Of a DNA stretch of 64,000 nucleotides, positions 62,242 through 64,000 are shown one piece after another. Where the stretch lies: contig NC_043009.1 of NCBI RefSeq assembly GCF_006345805.1, positions 56,172,001-56,236,000 on the forward strand, written 5' to 3'. The first letter of the stretch is position 1. Each line of letters begins with the position of its first letter. The DNA is from Octopus sinensis. Its lineage: Eukaryota. The notes below the pieces were generated by a model. The model saw only the letters and a list, made by a program, of their open reading frames with translations, was not told the origin of the DNA and made no database searches. A program made the translations under genes and the position numbers.

Positions 62242-62407
62242 AAAAAGAGTTTGTATATTTAAACACCTCTAAAAAATTGGTTAAAGTGAGTGAAGGTGAT
62301 GGAGACAGGGTGTATCTGACAGCTAACTATGTCTCCTTTCGTAAACCTAATATAACATGGTTCAAAAATGGTGAGATAATCACGGAGAGTAAACATTATG
62401 AAATCCG
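62242..62407 (+). CDS. Pvr: PVR-like RTK exon (Ig4 N-terminal part)
   Basis: Acceptor tcttttgtag, donor gtgagt. Reads (E)KEFVYLNTSKKLVKVSEGDGDRVYLTANYVSFRKPNITWFKNGEIITESKHYEIR. No B-strand Cys and PxITWFKNG, as in the disulfide-less D4 of PDGFR/VEGFR. Gene continues beyond the window. Confidence 0.9.
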
Positions 62408-63035
62408 GTGAGTGAATATTTTTACTAGCATATAACATGTCTATAAATTTAATTATGAATGCAAACCTTATGTTTTTACATCAATTTCTCATTTAGGCAC
62501 AAAATCAGAATTATATGACTTAAGGAATAAAAAATTGGGGGGATAGAGACTTTGAATAAGGTTACAGGCATTGACATTCTATTCTAAGTCATGTAAAAAA
62601 TTATGGATATCTACCTAGTGAATCTCTTGTCAAAAAGCTTAATGGGATGAAGTCTATGTTTCATTGAAGAGGTCTAAAAAGACTGAAATATGACAATAGT
62701 CATCCCTTTCATTTGTGAAAAATCTTTATATATAAAACTGAAGTTGTGTGTGTGAGAGTCTGTCTCCTCCAATTTAGATTCCTAACTACTCCCACATTTT
62801 GCGGTGCAGTTTAACCAAAAGTGGGTATCTTATAGTCGTGATTCATATCGAGTCCTTCTGGGTATTAACGCGTGTCTACGATGAGTCTACGATAATAAAA
62901 AAATTTACCATCATTTTTTCGCATTTTTAATGCATTTTTTGCTCGGTTTATATAAGGGAAGTAACTCTCTAAAAATGCTTATATAGTTATTTCCCTTATA
63001 AAATGGAATGCAATTTCGTCACAATTAACACTTAA

Positions 63036-63883
63036 CCCTTTAGTGTTCAGATTAATTTGTCAAATGTAAGGTTCAAGTGGGGTGTCCACAATATTTACTT
63101 GTAACTTTGTTAATTTTCTACATACAGATTTGAAACTTTGTAAATGGGTGCTTATATGCCAGTGGTTTATAATTACGTAATTGTAGCTGATCTTTCTGAC
63201 TAAATTTGACTTTTATGGGCAGGTAAACTTAATTAACAGGTGTAAAAACAATAACATTATGAATAAACACTAAAATTCATATTCTTAATACATCTTACCT
63301 GTTTGGTTTGCTGCTAAAATTATCCCAGATATCAGCCACCAACAATTTTACATTTTTCAAGATGAGGTACATTAATTTGAATTAATTAAAATACAGGTGT
63401 AATTGGTAGAAGATTTTACTCTTTTTCTATATTTCGTTCAAATATCGTTTTCATCATTTTCATTTTCATCACTTTCATTTTCGAAATCTTCGTCCAACGA
63501 GTAATCACTGATATCAATATCAGATTCATCCAAAGTCAAAATACTTTTTGTTTTCATTGATATCTTCAATATCATCAATAGTAAAGCCTTCAAAGTCGGA
63601 ATCGCTACTTGCTGATGCCATTTCTTTCGCAACAAACGTATACACTTCTCTTCAAACATGGAAATAACCATGTGGTCTAAACAATTTCACAGTATTTATA
63701 CTTGAATAAAGGCGGGAAAGGCTTCATCTCGCATTATCTCAAAACTACGCGAATTTAATAACGTGATTTGTTTATTTTTTTTGCGATTTCGTACAGTGGT
63801 CGTTTACGGCCGGATTTGGCCGGTTTGAACAAATAAAGGGGAATTAATTTTGGCCAGTTACGGCCGGTTTGAACACTAAAGGG
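63036..63883 (-). mobile_element. piggyBac-type deletion derivative, 848 bp
   Basis: Perfect 14-bp TIRs ccctttagtgttca / tgaacactaaaggg with TTAA on both sides. Confidence 0.88.
63438..63621 (-). pseudogene. Acidic N-terminus of a piggyBac-like transposase, frameshifted
   Basis: MASASSDSDFEGFTIDDIEDINENKKYFDFG*, continuing in another frame as DESDIDISDYSLDEDFENESDENENDENDI. Resembles the Ser/acid-rich start of piggyBac transposases; no catalytic domain. Confidence 0.55.
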
Positions 63884-64000
63884 TTAAACAAGTTATTCAT
63901 CTAATTTCTATCCACCCGAGCAAAGCCGGGTCAATCTGCTAGTTATTAAATACAATTCTAATTCCAGTTTTCTTTTCCCTAACCCTAACCTTTTTGTTGT

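Larger units (their letters stand above)
62723..63942 (+). mobile_element. Non-autonomous Helitron carrying a nested piggyBac-bounded unit
   Basis: A|TCtttatatataaaactg at the 5' end, body homologous to 53782, variant 3' end cccgagcaaagccgggtcaatctgCTAG|T. Confidence 0.75.

Noticed and set aside
62408-62416. In-frame stop on intron read-through after the last exon as evidence of a soluble isoform
   Set aside because: The TGA is simply part of the gtgagt donor consensus and carries no information on its own.
63977-63990. Telomeric (CCCTAA)n
   Set aside because: Only about two units; expected by chance and not an array.

Overview
Eukaryotic, AT-rich, repeat-dense animal DNA with no prokaryotic features. 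The SINE, Helitron and RTE repeat families look like those I recall from octopus (coleoid cephalopod) genomes; that assignment is an inference, not a database result. The only host gene found is on the + strand: six GT-AG exons (36509-62407, about 344 aa, frames join without stops) encoding Ig domains 1 to mid-4 of a PDGF/VEGF-receptor-like tyrosine kinase. Its signal-peptide exon was not identified and the gene continues beyond the window. The rest is transposon debris: five modular SINE-like families (labelled A-E here), RTE and CR1 LINE fragments, a near-full-length cecropia-type mariner nested in a hAT MITE nested in an RTE LINE, DD37D fossils, non-autonomous Helitrons, piggyBac-type TTAA MITEs and very long (TA)n arrays. 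The most unusual signals are: (1) minimal hammerhead-ribozyme cores in Penelope-like repeats, including a fold-back pair inside the receptor gene; (2) two in-frame 27-nt microexon or recursive-splice candidates in the 14.5-kb intron splitting Ig3; (3) near-perfect long palindromes centred on TA runs that share an arm sequence. None is demonstrated to be functional.
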